Positions 54,031 through 63,982 of a stretch of DNA of 64,000 bases are shown one piece after another. This stretch comes from Vicinamibacteria bacterium (GTDB lineage: Bacteria > Acidobacteriota > Vicinamibacteria > Marinacidobacterales > Marinacidobacteraceae): positions 2,080,001-2,144,000 of the forward strand of contig OZ241322.1 of the NCBI GenBank assembly GCA_965199715.1. The letters are read 5' to 3'. Position 1 is the stretch's first letter. Every line of letters begins with the position of its first letter. Under the pieces are notes generated by a model, which ran no database searches, had not been told where the DNA came from, and saw only the letters and a program-made list of their open reading frames with translations. The translations under genes were made by a program, and so were the position numbers.

Positions 54031-55775
54031 TGCAGGCCTCCCGGTTCCAGTTCGGCGAGCCGTTCCCGGATCACCCCGACGACGTACTCGAGCGCCGGAC
54101 GCATCGGCGGCGGCGCCTGTCCCATCCCCTGCTCGAACTGGGCGAGCGCCCCCTCGAGCGCGGTCCGGTCCTCGCTGGCGCGGATCTCCCGGGTCTGCGC
54201 CATCACCTGGCTGCGAACCTCCGCCGGAAGGCCCTCGAGTTCGGGGGGCACCTCCTCGGCGACCGAACCTTCCGTCCGGAAGTAGTGCGCCACCGAGCGC
54301 TTGTCGGGGACGAGGTACTCCCCGGCGACCCGCCGGAGGTCCTCGGCGGTCACCGCGAGCGAGTCCTCGGTCCACGTGTTCAGGTACTCCCACTCGCCGA
54401 GCGAGTCGTACACGAGAAGCTGGACCAGCAGGAAGAACGGACTCTCGAGCCGCTCGTAGGCGGCGGCGGTGATCTGGTTCTGGACTTTCTGGATCTCCTC
54501 GGCGGGAATCTCTTCCTCGACCAGCTTCCGGATCTCCTCGCCGATCGCCGCCTCCAGTTCGGCGGGGCTCGTCTCGCCCCGCGCCTCGGCGTTGAACTCG
54601 AAGTACCCGCCGTACTTCATGTTGTTCTGGAAGGCGCCCGCCGAGCTCGCGATCTCGCTCCCGAGCACCATGGACCGGTAGAGCCGCCCGGTGCGGCCGT
54701 TGAGGAGGCCCGCCAGCACGTCGAGCGCGTACATGTCCTTGTGGCGGAAGGGGACCGAGTGGTAGCGCAGCTTCACCTGCGGCTGGCAGTCGCAGCTTGC
54801 GGCCATGCGCTTCTCGGCGTTCTGCTCCATCTCGAGCGTGACCACGTCGGGAGGCCGGTCGCCCGCCGGGAGCCGCCCGAAGTACGCCGTCGCGAGCCGC
54901 TTCGCCTCCTCGGGATCGAAGTTGCCCACGAGCGCGGCGATCAGGTTGCCGGGCGCGTACCACGTCTCGTAGTACTCGTTCGCCTGTTCGAGGGTGTAGG
55001 AACGCAGGTCGGACGGCCAGCCGATCACCGGCCACGAATACGGGTGCGACTGCCAGAACATGGCGTTGAACGCCTCGTCGAACTCGCCGGTGGGGGTGGA
55101 CTCGGTCCGCAGCCGCCGCTCCTCGTGGACCACGTCGCGCTCGGTGTAGAACTCGCGGAACACCGGCCGCAGCAGCCGCTCGGACTCCATCCAGAACCAC
55201 AGCTCCAGCCGGTTCTGGGGCACGGTGATGAAGTACACGGTGTTGTCCTGCGAGGTGAAGGCGTTCATCCCGGTGCCTCCCGCCTCGGTGTAGATGCGGT
55301 CGAACTCGTCCTTCACGACGAGCTCGCGCTGCTCGTCGGCGAGCCGCTGGAACTCCGCCTCCAGCCGCGCCATCTCCTCGGACTTGTCCTCCTCGCCGAA
55401 GGGATCGTCGATCTCGCCGAGGCGGTGCCGCTCCCGGCGCTCCCGGTGGATCTCGCGGATCGCCTCCTGGACGGCCTCCTGCTCCTCGATGACCGCCGCG
55501 TCCCGCTCGGGATCGTTCGTCCCGACCCGCGGCGATCCCTTGAACATCATGTGCTCGAAGAAGTGGCTGATCCCGGTGATCCCGGGCCGCTCGTTCACCG
55601 AGCCCACCTTGGCGACCCAGCCGCCGCTGACGGTGGTCATGTCGTCGCGGGACACGAGCAGAAAACGCATGCCGTTGTCGAGCTGGAACTCCTCGACCGG
55701 CACGCGGGCCTGCGCTCCGGCCAGCGTCGGCGCGACCGCCAGCGCCGCGAGCGGAGCGATGCGAATTCGTCTCAT
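54027..55775 (-). CDS. M16 (pitrilysin) zinc peptidase, catalytic subunit
   Basis: Signal peptide, LDNGMRF, GISHFFEHMMFKGS (HxxEH), NAFTS, ERDVVHEERR. Confidence 0.92.
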   Translation of the reverse strand: MRRIRIAPLAALAVAPTLAGAQARVPVEEFQLDNGMRFLLVSRDDMTTVSGGWVAKVGSVNERPGITGISHFFEHMMFKGSPRVGTNDPERDAAVIEEQEAVQEAIREIHRERRERHRLGEIDDPFGEEDKSEEMARLEAEFQRLADEQRELVVKDEFDRIYTEAGGTGMNAFTSQDNTVYFITVPQNRLELWFWMESERLLRPVFREFYTERDVVHEERRLRTESTPTGEFDEAFNAMFWQSHPYSWPVIGWPSDLRSYTLEQANEYYETWYAPGNLIAALVGNFDPEEAKRLATAYFGRLPAGDRPPDVVTLEMEQNAEKRMAASCDCQPQVKLRYHSVPFRHKDMYALDVLAGLLNGRTGRLYRSMVLGSEIASSAGAFQNNMKYGGYFEFNAEARGETSPAELEAAIGEEIRKLVEEEIPAEEIQKVQNQITAAAYERLESPFFLLVQLLVYDSLGEWEYLNTWTEDSLAVTAEDLRRVAGEYLVPDKRSVAHYFRTEGSVAEEVPPELEGLPAEVRSQVMAQTREIRASEDRTALEGALAQFEQGMGQAPPPMRPALEYVVGVIRERLAELEPGGLQ

Positions 55776-55829
55776 GCCGGCACCATAGCAGCGCACTGCT
55801 AGCATCCTGAATCCTTGGAGGGCCGACCG

Positions 55830-57557
55830 ATGTTCCACTCGCTCGCCGGCGCGGCGCGCCGGTTCGCACCCGCCGTCCTCGCGCTCGCGGTGGGATCCCA
55901 GGTCGACGCCCGCAGCGTCGCCGTCCGCGCCCGCCAGGGCATGGTCATCTCCCAGAACGCGGTGGCTTCCGAGGTCGGCGCGGCCGTCCTGCGCGAGGGC
56001 GGGAACGCCGTGGACGCGGCCGTCGCCACCGCCTTCGCGCTCGCGGTCACGCACCCGACCGCCGGAAACATCGGCGGCGGCGGGTTCCTCGTCTGGAGGC
56101 CGGCCGACGGCGGCGACCCGCTCGCCTACGACTTCCGCGAGATGGCCCCGGCGGCGGCGACTCCCGACATGTGGCTCGACGAGAACGGCGAGTACAGCTT
56201 CCAGATCCACCACCTGAGCCACAAGGCGGTCGGCGTTCCGGGAACGGTGGCCGGCCTGCGGCTCGCGTGGGAGCAGCAGGGCACGCTCCCGTGGGAGCGG
56301 CTCGTGCGCCCGGCGGTGGAGATGGCGCGCGACGGGTTCGAGGTCACCCACGGGCTCGCCGGTTCGCTCGCGCGGGTGCTCGACCGGATGGCGGCCTACC
56401 CGGCGTCGACGGCCCAGTTCTCGCGCGACGGGACTCCCTACGAGGCCGGCGAAACCCTGCGCCAGCCCGACCTCGCGGCGAGCCTCGAGCGCATCCTCGA
56501 GAACGGCGTGGCCGGCTTCTACGAGGGCGCGACGGCCGAGATGCTGGTGAAGGAGATGGAGGAGAACGGCGGCCTCATCACGCTGGAGGACCTCAAGAAC
56601 TACAAGGCGCACGTGCGCGAGCCGATCCGGGGCACCTACCGGGGCCACGAGATCATCTCGATGCCGCCCCCGAGCTCGGGCGGCGTGGCGCTCGTCCAGA
56701 TGCTCAACATCCTCGAGGCGCGCGACCTCGCCGGCGCCGGGTTCGGCTCGGCGGAGAACGTCCACCACATGGTCGAGGCGATGCGCCGGGCGTACGCGGA
56801 CCGGGCGCGCTTCCTCGGCGACCCCGACTTCAACCCGGACATCCCGATCGAGCGCCTCACCTCGAAGGAGTACGCCGCCGAGCTTCGCCGGACCATCGAG
56901 GACCGGCGCGCCTCGGTGTCCAGCCCGACGAGCTTCGAGTGGACGACCGAGAGCGAGGAGACCACCCATCTTTCGGTCGTGGACGCGGACCGCAACGCGG
57001 TCTCGCTCACCTACACGCTCGAGTTCGGCTACGGCTCGGGGATCGTCGCGCCGGGCACCGGCTTCCTGCTCAACAACGAGATGGGCGACTTCAACGGCGC
57101 TCCCGGGCTCACCAACGAGCGCGGGCTGATCGGGACCGGTCCCAACCTCGCGGCGCCCGGCAAGCGCATGCTCTCCAGCATGACCCCGACGATCGTGGCG
57201 AAGGACGGCGAGCTCTTCATGGTCACCGGCACCCCCGGCGGGCGCACCATCATCAACACCGTGATGCAGACGATCCTGAACGTCGTGGATCACGGGATGA
57301 ACGCGCAGGAGGCGGTGGACGCCGGACGCATCCACCACCAGTGGCTCCCGGACACGATCATCTACGAGGAGCAGAAGTTCTCGCCCGACACGGTGACGAT
57401 GCTCGAGTCGTGGGGGCACGCGCTGACCTCGAGGGAGGCGCAGGGAGCCGCCGAGGTGATCCTGAACCTCGTGGACGAGGGCGTCCTCGAGGGCGGCGTG
57501 GACCAGCGGGCCCCCGACGGGGGCGCCGGCGTCCATGACGAGCGGAGCCAGCAGTGA
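55830..57557 (+). CDS. ggt: Gamma-glutamyltransferase
   Basis: GGNAVDAAVA, DFREMAP, PPPSSGG, ETTHLSVVD, LNNEMGDF, RMLSSMTP, GTPGG. Confidence 0.96.
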   Translation: MFHSLAGAARRFAPAVLALAVGSQVDARSVAVRARQGMVISQNAVASEVGAAVLREGGNAVDAAVATAFALAVTHPTAGNIGGGGFLVWRPADGGDPLAYDFREMAPAAATPDMWLDENGEYSFQIHHLSHKAVGVPGTVAGLRLAWEQQGTLPWERLVRPAVEMARDGFEVTHGLAGSLARVLDRMAAYPASTAQFSRDGTPYEAGETLRQPDLAASLERILENGVAGFYEGATAEMLVKEMEENGGLITLEDLKNYKAHVREPIRGTYRGHEIISMPPPSSGGVALVQMLNILEARDLAGAGFGSAENVHHMVEAMRRAYADRARFLGDPDFNPDIPIERLTSKEYAAELRRTIEDRRASVSSPTSFEWTTESEETTHLSVVDADRNAVSLTYTLEFGYGSGIVAPGTGFLLNNEMGDFNGAPGLTNERGLIGTGPNLAAPGKRMLSSMTPTIVAKDGELFMVTGTPGGRTIINTVMQTILNVVDHGMNAQEAVDAGRIHHQWLPDTIIYEEQKFSPDTVTMLESWGHALTSREAQGAAEVILNLVDEGVLEGGVDQRAPDGGAGVHDERSQQ

Positions 57558-58063
57558 GGCTCGCGCTTCTCCTCGCGTTCCTCGCCGGGGCGCAGGACCA
57601 GGGCCTCGGCGACATCCACAACTTCGTGCGGATCTCCGACCGGCTCTCGACCTCCGGCCAGATTGACGACGCCGAGATCGCCCGCATCGGCGACGCCGGC
57701 TTCGACGTGGTGGTGAACCTCGCGCCGGCGCGGCGCGAGCGCAACCTCGAGGAGGGGTTCCGGGTGACCGACGCCGGGATGGCCTACTTCCAGATCCCGG
57801 TGGACTGGCAGGATCCGGCGCTCGACGACCTCGACCTCTTCTTCCAGGTCATGGACGTCACGAGCGACCGCTCGGTGTACGTCCACTGCTTCGCCAACAT
57901 GCGGGTGTCGGTGTTCGTGTACCTCTACCGGACGCTGCGCGAGGGCGCATCCGAGGCCGAGGCGCGGACGGACCTGCTCAAGGTCTGGGATCCGGCCGAG
58001 GATCCGGAGTACGCCCAGTGGCCCCGGTTCATCGAGGCGGCGCGGGAGCGGTTCGGGAGTTGA
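57554..58063 (+). CDS. Secreted PTP-like / DUF442 sulfurtransferase-phosphatase fold protein
   Basis: LSTSGQ, VVNLAP, YFQIPV, VYVHCFANMR (Cx5R-like). Confidence 0.75.
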   Translation: MRLALLLAFLAGAQDQGLGDIHNFVRISDRLSTSGQIDDAEIARIGDAGFDVVVNLAPARRERNLEEGFRVTDAGMAYFQIPVDWQDPALDDLDLFFQVMDVTSDRSVYVHCFANMRVSVFVYLYRTLREGASEAEARTDLLKVWDPAEDPEYAQWPRFIEAARERFGS

Positions 58064-58988
58064 CGCTCGTCCGCAGGGCGCGTTCCTGCGGTGAGAGGTC
58101 GTCGAGGTCCGGCACGACCAGCGTGCCGATTCCCTCGGGGGTGAAGATTTCGAGCAGGAGGCTGTCCGGCACGTCCACCGGAATCAGGTGGGCGCGGGCC
58201 ACGCCGCCCCGCAGCGCCTGAGTGACGCACCGCGCCTTCGGGCGCATGCCGGTCCGGACCGCGCCCGACCCGGTCAGCCGGTTCAGCTCCTTCAGGTCGA
58301 GGAAGGAGATCACGCTGGACGGGTCCGCCGGATCGCGCAGCAGCCCGGGAGCCGCGCCCAGCAGGATCAGCTTCTCGGCGCGCAGCGCCCCGGCGAGCGC
58401 CGCCGCGACCGTGTCGGCGTTGATGTTCAGCAGCGTCCCCGACTCGTCGGCGGAGAGCGGGCTCACCACCGGGACGTTCCCGAGCCGGAGCTGCTCGGTG
58501 AGCACCTCGGCCCGCACGCCGTGGACGTCCCCGACGAGGCCGTAGTCCACTATCTCACCGTCCACTTCCACCGGACGGCGGCGGCGCGCGGCGATGAGGC
58601 CGCCGGACACCCCGGAGAAGCCGATCGCCGGAAGGTCCCACGCCCGGCACGCGGCGAGGATGCGGGTGTTGATCTCGCCGTTCATCGCCATGGCCATGAC
58701 GCGGATCCCGCTCTCGTCGGTGACCCGCCGCCCGGCGACGAAGCGCGTCTCGACTCCGAGCGCGCCGGCGAGCTCGGTCCCCTGCGGACCGCCGCCGTGG
58801 ACGAACACCACCTGGATCCCGAGCCGGTGGAGCAGCGCGACCTGCTCCACGACGGCGGCGATCCCCGACTCGCTGGCCATCGTGGCGCCGCCCGCCTTGA
58901 TGAGGAGCGTGCGCCCCCGGTAGCGCTTGAGGTACGGCGCGGCGTGCTTGAGGGCGCGCACCCGCGTCGCCCGCTCCTGCGGGTCCAT
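58029..58988 (-). CDS. argB: N-acylglutamate kinase
   Basis: IKAGG, VHGGGPQ, GRRVTD, LNINADT, GMRPK, LLEIFTPEGIGT. Confidence 0.93.
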   Translation of the reverse strand: MDPQERATRVRALKHAAPYLKRYRGRTLLIKAGGATMASESGIAAVVEQVALLHRLGIQVVFVHGGGPQGTELAGALGVETRFVAGRRVTDESGIRVMAMAMNGEINTRILAACRAWDLPAIGFSGVSGGLIAARRRRPVEVDGEIVDYGLVGDVHGVRAEVLTEQLRLGNVPVVSPLSADESGTLLNINADTVAAALAGALRAEKLILLGAAPGLLRDPADPSSVISFLDLKELNRLTGSGAVRTGMRPKARCVTQALRGGVARAHLIPVDVPDSLLLEIFTPEGIGTLVVPDLDDLSPQERALRTSVNSRTAPAPPR

Positions 58989-59977
58989 CAGCACAGCATC
59001 CGGTGGAGAACCGCCTGCTGCGCCCACATCCGGTTCTCGGCCTGCGGCACGACCCGCGAGCGCGGCCCCTCGAGCACCTCGCGGGAGACCACGACGCCGC
59101 GGCGCACCGGCAGGCAGTGGAGGAAGGAGCACGCCTCCCGCGCGTTCTCGAACCAGCTCTCCTCGACGGTCCAGCCGGAGAGCCGACGCCGCAGTTCGAG
59201 GTCCGCCTCGGGGTCGCCGTAGCAGGCGGTCGAGGCCCACGACTTCGCGTACAGCACGCGCGCGCCGTCCATCGCGTCCCGCCGGTCGTCGGTCTCGCGG
59301 ACCGACCCGCCCGACGCCGCCGCGAGCCCCCGCGCCGTCTCCATGATGGACTCGGGCAGCGCGTATCCCTCGGGACGCAGCACCGTGACCTCCATGCCGC
59401 GCATCGCCGCCATGCGAAGCGCGTCCGCCGCGACCGCAAGCGGGAGCGGCCTCGGATGGGTCGCCCAACTGAGCGTGAACTTGTCCCCGACCCCCAGGTC
59501 GTCGAGCGTGAGCCAGTCGGCGACCGCCTGGCACGGATGCCGCGTCGCCGACTCCATGTTCAGGAAGGGCTTCCCTGCGAGCTCCCGGATGCGCTCGAAA
59601 GACGGGTCGGCCAGGTCCTCCTTCAGATCGCGCTGCGCGGCGAAGGCGCGGACGCCGAGCGCGTCGGCGTAGCTGGCCAGCACCGGAATCGCCTCGGCGA
59701 GGTTCTCGGACGGGCCGCCGTCCATGATCGCCGCCGGGTCCATCTCGAGCGGGTGAATGGACCGGTCCGGCGAGAGCACGAAGCACCCGCCGCCGAGCCG
59801 CGCCATGGCCGCCTGGAAGGACGCCTGCGTCCGCAGCGACGGACTCAGGAAGAGGAGTCCGAGCACGCGGCCGCGCAGCGCCTCCGGTTCCGGACGTTCG
59901 CGGAGCCGGCGGGCGAGCGCGGCGATCGCGCGCATCCCCTCGGGGCCCAGGTGCTCCAGCCGGTGGAGTTCCCTCAC
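58988..59977 (-). CDS. argF': N-acylornithine carbamoyltransferase ArgF' (probably N-succinyl-specific)
   Basis: SLRT, MDGGPSENLAEAIPV, HPCQ, WATHPRPLP, YAKSW, HCLPVRR, QAENR. Confidence 0.88.
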   Translation of the reverse strand: MRELHRLEHLGPEGMRAIAALARRLRERPEPEALRGRVLGLLFLSPSLRTQASFQAAMARLGGGCFVLSPDRSIHPLEMDPAAIMDGGPSENLAEAIPVLASYADALGVRAFAAQRDLKEDLADPSFERIRELAGKPFLNMESATRHPCQAVADWLTLDDLGVGDKFTLSWATHPRPLPLAVAADALRMAAMRGMEVTVLRPEGYALPESIMETARGLAAASGGSVRETDDRRDAMDGARVLYAKSWASTACYGDPEADLELRRRLSGWTVEESWFENAREACSFLHCLPVRRGVVVSREVLEGPRSRVVPQAENRMWAQQAVLHRMLC

Positions 59978-61110
59978 CGGGCCAGCTCCTCGAGCAGCCG
60001 GTCCACGTGCTCGTCCCGCAGCACGAGCGGCGGGAGCAGCCGCAGCACCGCCGGATCCGTCGAGGTTCCCGCGAAGATCCCCCGCTCGAGCAGCCGGTCG
60101 CGCACCTCGCGCGCCGGGCGGGAGCAGCGGAGCCCGAGCAGGAAGCCCCGCCCCCGCACCGACTCCACGACCCCGCCGGGAGCCTCCGCCCGGATGCGCG
60201 CCGAGAGCCGGTTCACCTCGTCGAGAAGGCCCTCGCGGCGGATGGTCTCGATGACGGCGGAAATGAGCGCGGCGGCGACCGGACCGCCGCCGAACGTCGT
60301 GCCGAGCGATCCGACGGGCAGATCCCCGGCGACCGCCTCGGTCGCGATCACCGCGCCCGCCGGGTACCCCGCCGCGATGGCCTTGGCGGTCGTCAGCAGG
60401 TCGGGCCGCACGTCCGGCCACTCGCAGGCGAACGGCTTGCCAGTGCGGCCCATCCCGCACTGCACCTCGTCGAGGATCAGGAGCGCGCCGGTCCGGTCGC
60501 AGGCGGCGCGCGCCGCGCGGAGGAACTCGTCGGAGAGGACGACCGCGCCGGCCATGCCCTGCACCGGCTCCAGCAGGACCGCGGCGACCCGTTCGTCCAC
60601 CGCGTTCGCGAACGCGTCGGGGTCGTCGCGCGGCACGGTTCGGGTCTCGAAGGGGGTTCGGGGGAACCCGTACCAGCGGTCCGAGCCGGCGGTCGCGGCC
60701 GCAGCTGCCGCCGTTCGCCCGTGGAAGCCGCCGCTCGCGACCGCGACCGCGTCGCGCCCCGGATGGAGGCGGAACGCGAGCCGCAGCGCGTTCTCGTTGG
60801 CCTCCGCGCCGCTGTTCACGAAGAAGACCCGGTCGAGGCCGTCGGGCGCGAAGTCCGCGAGCGCGGCGGCGGCCGCCGCCCGCTCGTCGCTCGGAACCGC
60901 GTTCGTCTGGAAGAAGAGCCGTTCCGCGGCTTCGCGCAACGCGCCCACGACCGCCGGATGCCCGTAGCCGAGCCCGGCCACCGCGTGCCCGCCGTAGAAG
61001 TCGAGGAGCGTCCGCCCGTCGTCGGTCGTGAGCGTGACCCCGTCGCCGCGGACGATCCGAACCGGAAGCTGGGCGTACACCGGGAAGAGATGCGGAGATT
61101 CAGCGGTCAT
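59974..61110 (-). CDS. argD: N-acylornithine aminotransferase
   Basis: DFYGGHAV..LGYGHP, NSGAEANE, FHGRT, EPVQG, DEVQCGMGRTG, TTFGGGP. Confidence 0.92.
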   Translation of the reverse strand: MTAESPHLFPVYAQLPVRIVRGDGVTLTTDDGRTLLDFYGGHAVAGLGYGHPAVVGALREAAERLFFQTNAVPSDERAAAAAALADFAPDGLDRVFFVNSGAEANENALRLAFRLHPGRDAVAVASGGFHGRTAAAAAATAGSDRWYGFPRTPFETRTVPRDDPDAFANAVDERVAAVLLEPVQGMAGAVVLSDEFLRAARAACDRTGALLILDEVQCGMGRTGKPFACEWPDVRPDLLTTAKAIAAGYPAGAVIATEAVAGDLPVGSLGTTFGGGPVAAALISAVIETIRREGLLDEVNRLSARIRAEAPGGVVESVRGRGFLLGLRCSRPAREVRDRLLERGIFAGTSTDPAVLRLLPPLVLRDEHVDRLLEELAR

Positions 61111-61111
61111 G

Positions 61112-62149
61112 TCACATCCAGGAGGGGGGCGGCGCGGTCAGGCCCGCGTCGTCGGGGAGGCCGAGGATGCGGTTCATCCACTGCATGCCGCCGCTGGCGG
61201 CCCCCTTGCCGAGGTTGTCCAGAACCGCGAATGCGACCGCCGTGTCCCCCTCGGCGCAAGCGCCGACGACCGCCCCGGCCGCGCCGACGACCTCCTTGAG
61301 CCGCGGGACGGCGGTCGCGCGCACGAGCGGCTTGTCGGCGTAGAACTCGGCGAGGACCGCGCCGGGGTCGGCGCCGTCGCGGCGCCGTGCGAACACGGTG
61401 GCGTGGATGCCCCGCGCGAACGGTCCGGAGTGCGGAACGAAGTGCGTCTTTGCGCCGACGAGGAAGTCCATCTCGGGGGCGTGGCGGTGCGCGAGCGGCT
61501 TGTAGGCGAACAGGTTCGCGTGGCGCTCGGGGTGGTGCGCGTTCGGCTTCGGGGAGCCGCCCGAGCCGGTGCTGCCGGTGATCGCGGCGACCTGGATCGA
61601 GGGGACGATCGCGCCGGCCCCTACGAGCGGACGCGCGGCCAGCGCGACCGCGGTGGCGAAGCAGCCCGGATGGGCGATGCGCTGCGACGGAACGCCCGGG
61701 GCGTGCTCGGGAAGCCCGCAGAAGACCTCGGGGAGAAGCTCCGGGGCGGGGTGGGGGACGCCGTAGATCGCGGCGTAGTCCGCGGCGTCGCGATGCCGGA
61801 AGTCCGCGGAGAGGTCCACGACGGGAACGTCGATCCCGAGCCTCGCCGCGGTCTCGAGGAGGCGCGCGAGCTGCGGCGCCGAGCGGGTGTGCGGGGCCGC
61901 CGAGAAGGCGACGACCCGGTCCGCCTCGCCCGCCGCCCGCCGCAACTCGTCCTCGAGCGCGCCGGCTCCGGCGAAGCGCGTCTCGGCGAACGCGGAGTGA
62001 AGCGTCGGGAACGAAGCGGCGACCGGCTCGCCGGCGTGGCTCGCCGAGACCGCCGCGCCGAGCTCGATCTCGGGGTGCAGCGCGATCCAGCGCAGAAGCT
62101 CCCCGGCCACGTATCCGGACGCGCCGAGCACCACTGCGCGAGCGCTCAT
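61112..62149 (-). CDS. argC: N-acyl-gamma-glutamyl-phosphate reductase
   Basis: GASGYVAGEL, DLSADFR, PGCFATA, TGSTGSG, HRHAPE, DNLGKGAA. Confidence 0.93.
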   Translation of the reverse strand: MSARAVVLGASGYVAGELLRWIALHPEIELGAAVSASHAGEPVAASFPTLHSAFAETRFAGAGALEDELRRAAGEADRVVAFSAAPHTRSAPQLARLLETAARLGIDVPVVDLSADFRHRDAADYAAIYGVPHPAPELLPEVFCGLPEHAPGVPSQRIAHPGCFATAVALAARPLVGAGAIVPSIQVAAITGSTGSGGSPKPNAHHPERHANLFAYKPLAHRHAPEMDFLVGAKTHFVPHSGPFARGIHATVFARRRDGADPGAVLAEFYADKPLVRATAVPRLKEVVGAAGAVVGACAEGDTAVAFAVLDNLGKGAASGGMQWMNRILGLPDDAGLTAPPPSWM

Positions 62150-62577
62150 GACCCGCCTACGGCCAGCGCCGTCCGCAGCCGCTTCACGAGGCGCGCCTGC
62201 GCGTCCGCGCTCTCGCTCGCGACGAACACGGTGTCGTCCCCGGCGACCGTGCCGGCGATCTCCGGCCAGCCGGCGCTGTCGAAGGCGTGGCCCGCCCGCT
62301 GCGCCCCGCCGGGAACGGTCCGCACGACGAGGATGTTCGGCCCCGCGGGCACGAAGGAATCCATGAGCGCGGCGAGGTCGTTGAACCGCGGATCGGTCGG
62401 TTCCATGCGGTAGCGGCCCTCGACCTTCCGCGCGCCCAGATCCCGCAGGTCCCGGCTCACGCCCGACTGGGTCGCCGCGAACCCCGCCTCCCGTAACGCC
62501 GCCGCGACCGCCGCCTGGGTCGTCATGCGGCGCTCGGCGAGGAGCGTCCGCAGCGCCTCCCGCCGGGAACCGTTCAT
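62146..62577 (-). CDS. argR: Arginine repressor (alternative start 62586)
   Basis: TQAAV, ATQSGVSRDLRDLG, VVRTVPGGA, GTVAGDDT. Confidence 0.92.
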   Translation of the reverse strand: MNGSRREALRTLLAERRMTTQAAVAAALREAGFAATQSGVSRDLRDLGARKVEGRYRMEPTDPRFNDLAALMDSFVPAGPNILVVRTVPGGAQRAGHAFDSAGWPEIAGTVAGDDTVFVASESADAQARLVKRLRTALAVGGS

Positions 62578-62605
62578 TGATTGCATACTATGATGAATAG
62601 TAGCA
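62574..62605 (-). promoter_or_regulatory. arg operon promoter with imperfect ARG-box-like operator
   Basis: AT-rich patch. The - strand has the extended -10 TGcTACTAT, and the + strand reads TTGCATACTATGATGAATA (TGCAT/TGAAT half-sites). Confidence 0.5.
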
Positions 62606-63030
62606 CCCTCCGTGCGCCGGAGGGTCGGCCTGCGAACATGGTTCGGAGACGGCGTTCCCACTCCTCCTGATCCACGACCTCGTAGCGCATGGCTGTGCCC
62701 TTCATCGCCGGCACGAACTCGGCCCAGTCCTTCTTCTTCGCGTGTTCGGAGCAGATGTCGAAGACCGACCGCTTGTAGGTCGTGTCCTCGGACTGCTTCA
62801 GGTGGAGGCCCTTGGTCTCGATCACGAACACCCTGTGGAAGGCGTCCTCGGTATCGGGCTCGTTCGGTCGCAGGGTCGCGATGAAGTCGGCGTAGATGCG
62901 CCCGCGCTTCCAGCCCTGCACGAAGTAGTCCTTGCGCGGCCGGTTTCGGTGTCAGAAGAAGAGCCGCTCCTGTTGATCCAGGTAGGTCGCGACCTTCCGC
63001 TCCAACGAGTTGAGCGCGTCCTCGGGCGTG
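62574..63030 (-). pseudogene. C-terminal nuclease fragment of a type III restriction (Res-like) protein
   Basis: LNSLERKVATYLD...LFF*HRN...VQGWKRGRIYADFI...VIETKGLHL. In-frame TGA at 62952-62954, and the helicase part is absent. Confidence 0.7.
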
Positions 63031-63982
63031 CCTCGGAAGCCGTCGGCGCGCTGTCCGCGATCGGCGCGTGCCGGTCGCTTCAGGACGCGCTTGGGGGGTC
63101 GTCGCCGGTGCGCGGCCTTCCGCTGGAGGCGTTCGCGCTTCCGGCGGGGGGACTTCCCGAGTTGTTCGAACGGTCGGAAGTCCGCTTCACCCTCGAAGCC
63201 GACCTCGTGGTGGACCGCGAGCGCTACCGCTACCGCGTCGAGCCGAGCATCGAACCGCGGTCGGGAAGGCTCGGCGTGGCCGACGAGTGCGTCGCTCGTT
63301 CCGGCGAGGCCGTGATCGAGCGGTTGGGCGACCGGCTGCGCTTGCGTCCCGGGGGGATCCGCGTTTCTCCGCGCGTGCTGGAACTCGGCCTCGGACACAC
63401 GGTGTTGTCCGACCTGAGTCACTCCGGGAGGGGATACCGCTCCCTTGAGATCGTCAAGAAGGAGCTTGGGGGATGGCGCTCCCACGACCTTGTTCCCGGA
63501 CCGGCCATGCGCAATCCGAGCGGACCCGGCGACGCTTCCGACGTCGGGGCTCATGGGGAGCTTCTCGCGCCGTTCCGGTACCGGCTGCGCGCGGCGGAGC
63601 CCGAGCGCTTCCGGGCCATGCTCCGGACGCTGCGGACCATCGTTCCCGGGGTCGAGTCGGTGGATGTGACGTTGGACGGACGGTCGAGGGCGCGATGCGC
63701 GCGCTCGCGCCGTGCGCGATCGTCGCGAACCCGTGGGGCGGATCCCCGGTCGCTGTCGAGGAGCCGGAGAACGGCGTGCATCCGGGGCGACTCGAAGTGG
63801 TCGTCCAACCGCTCGCTTCGCTCGTGACTCACGCCAACCGCCAGGTGATCGTCACCACCCATTCCCCGCGATTCTGCGAGCTGGCGCTCCGGACCGCGCC
63901 CGACGACGCGGGCGCGTTCCATGTGCAGCGCGTCGGGAGCGCCACGGAAGTGACGTCGGGCGAGGCGAAGGCGAATCGCTGA
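63030..63982 (+). pseudogene. Degraded AAA_21/AbiEii-like ABC ATPase
   Basis: No Walker A. Frameshift or deletion near 63680, then VAVEEPENGVHP (Walker B/D-loop) and VIVTTHSP (H-loop). Confidence 0.7.

Noticed and set aside
62952-62954. TGA recoded as Trp in the Res-like fragment
   Set aside because: TGA is the normal stop throughout the window and the gene is also 5'-truncated, so a nonsense mutation is simpler.
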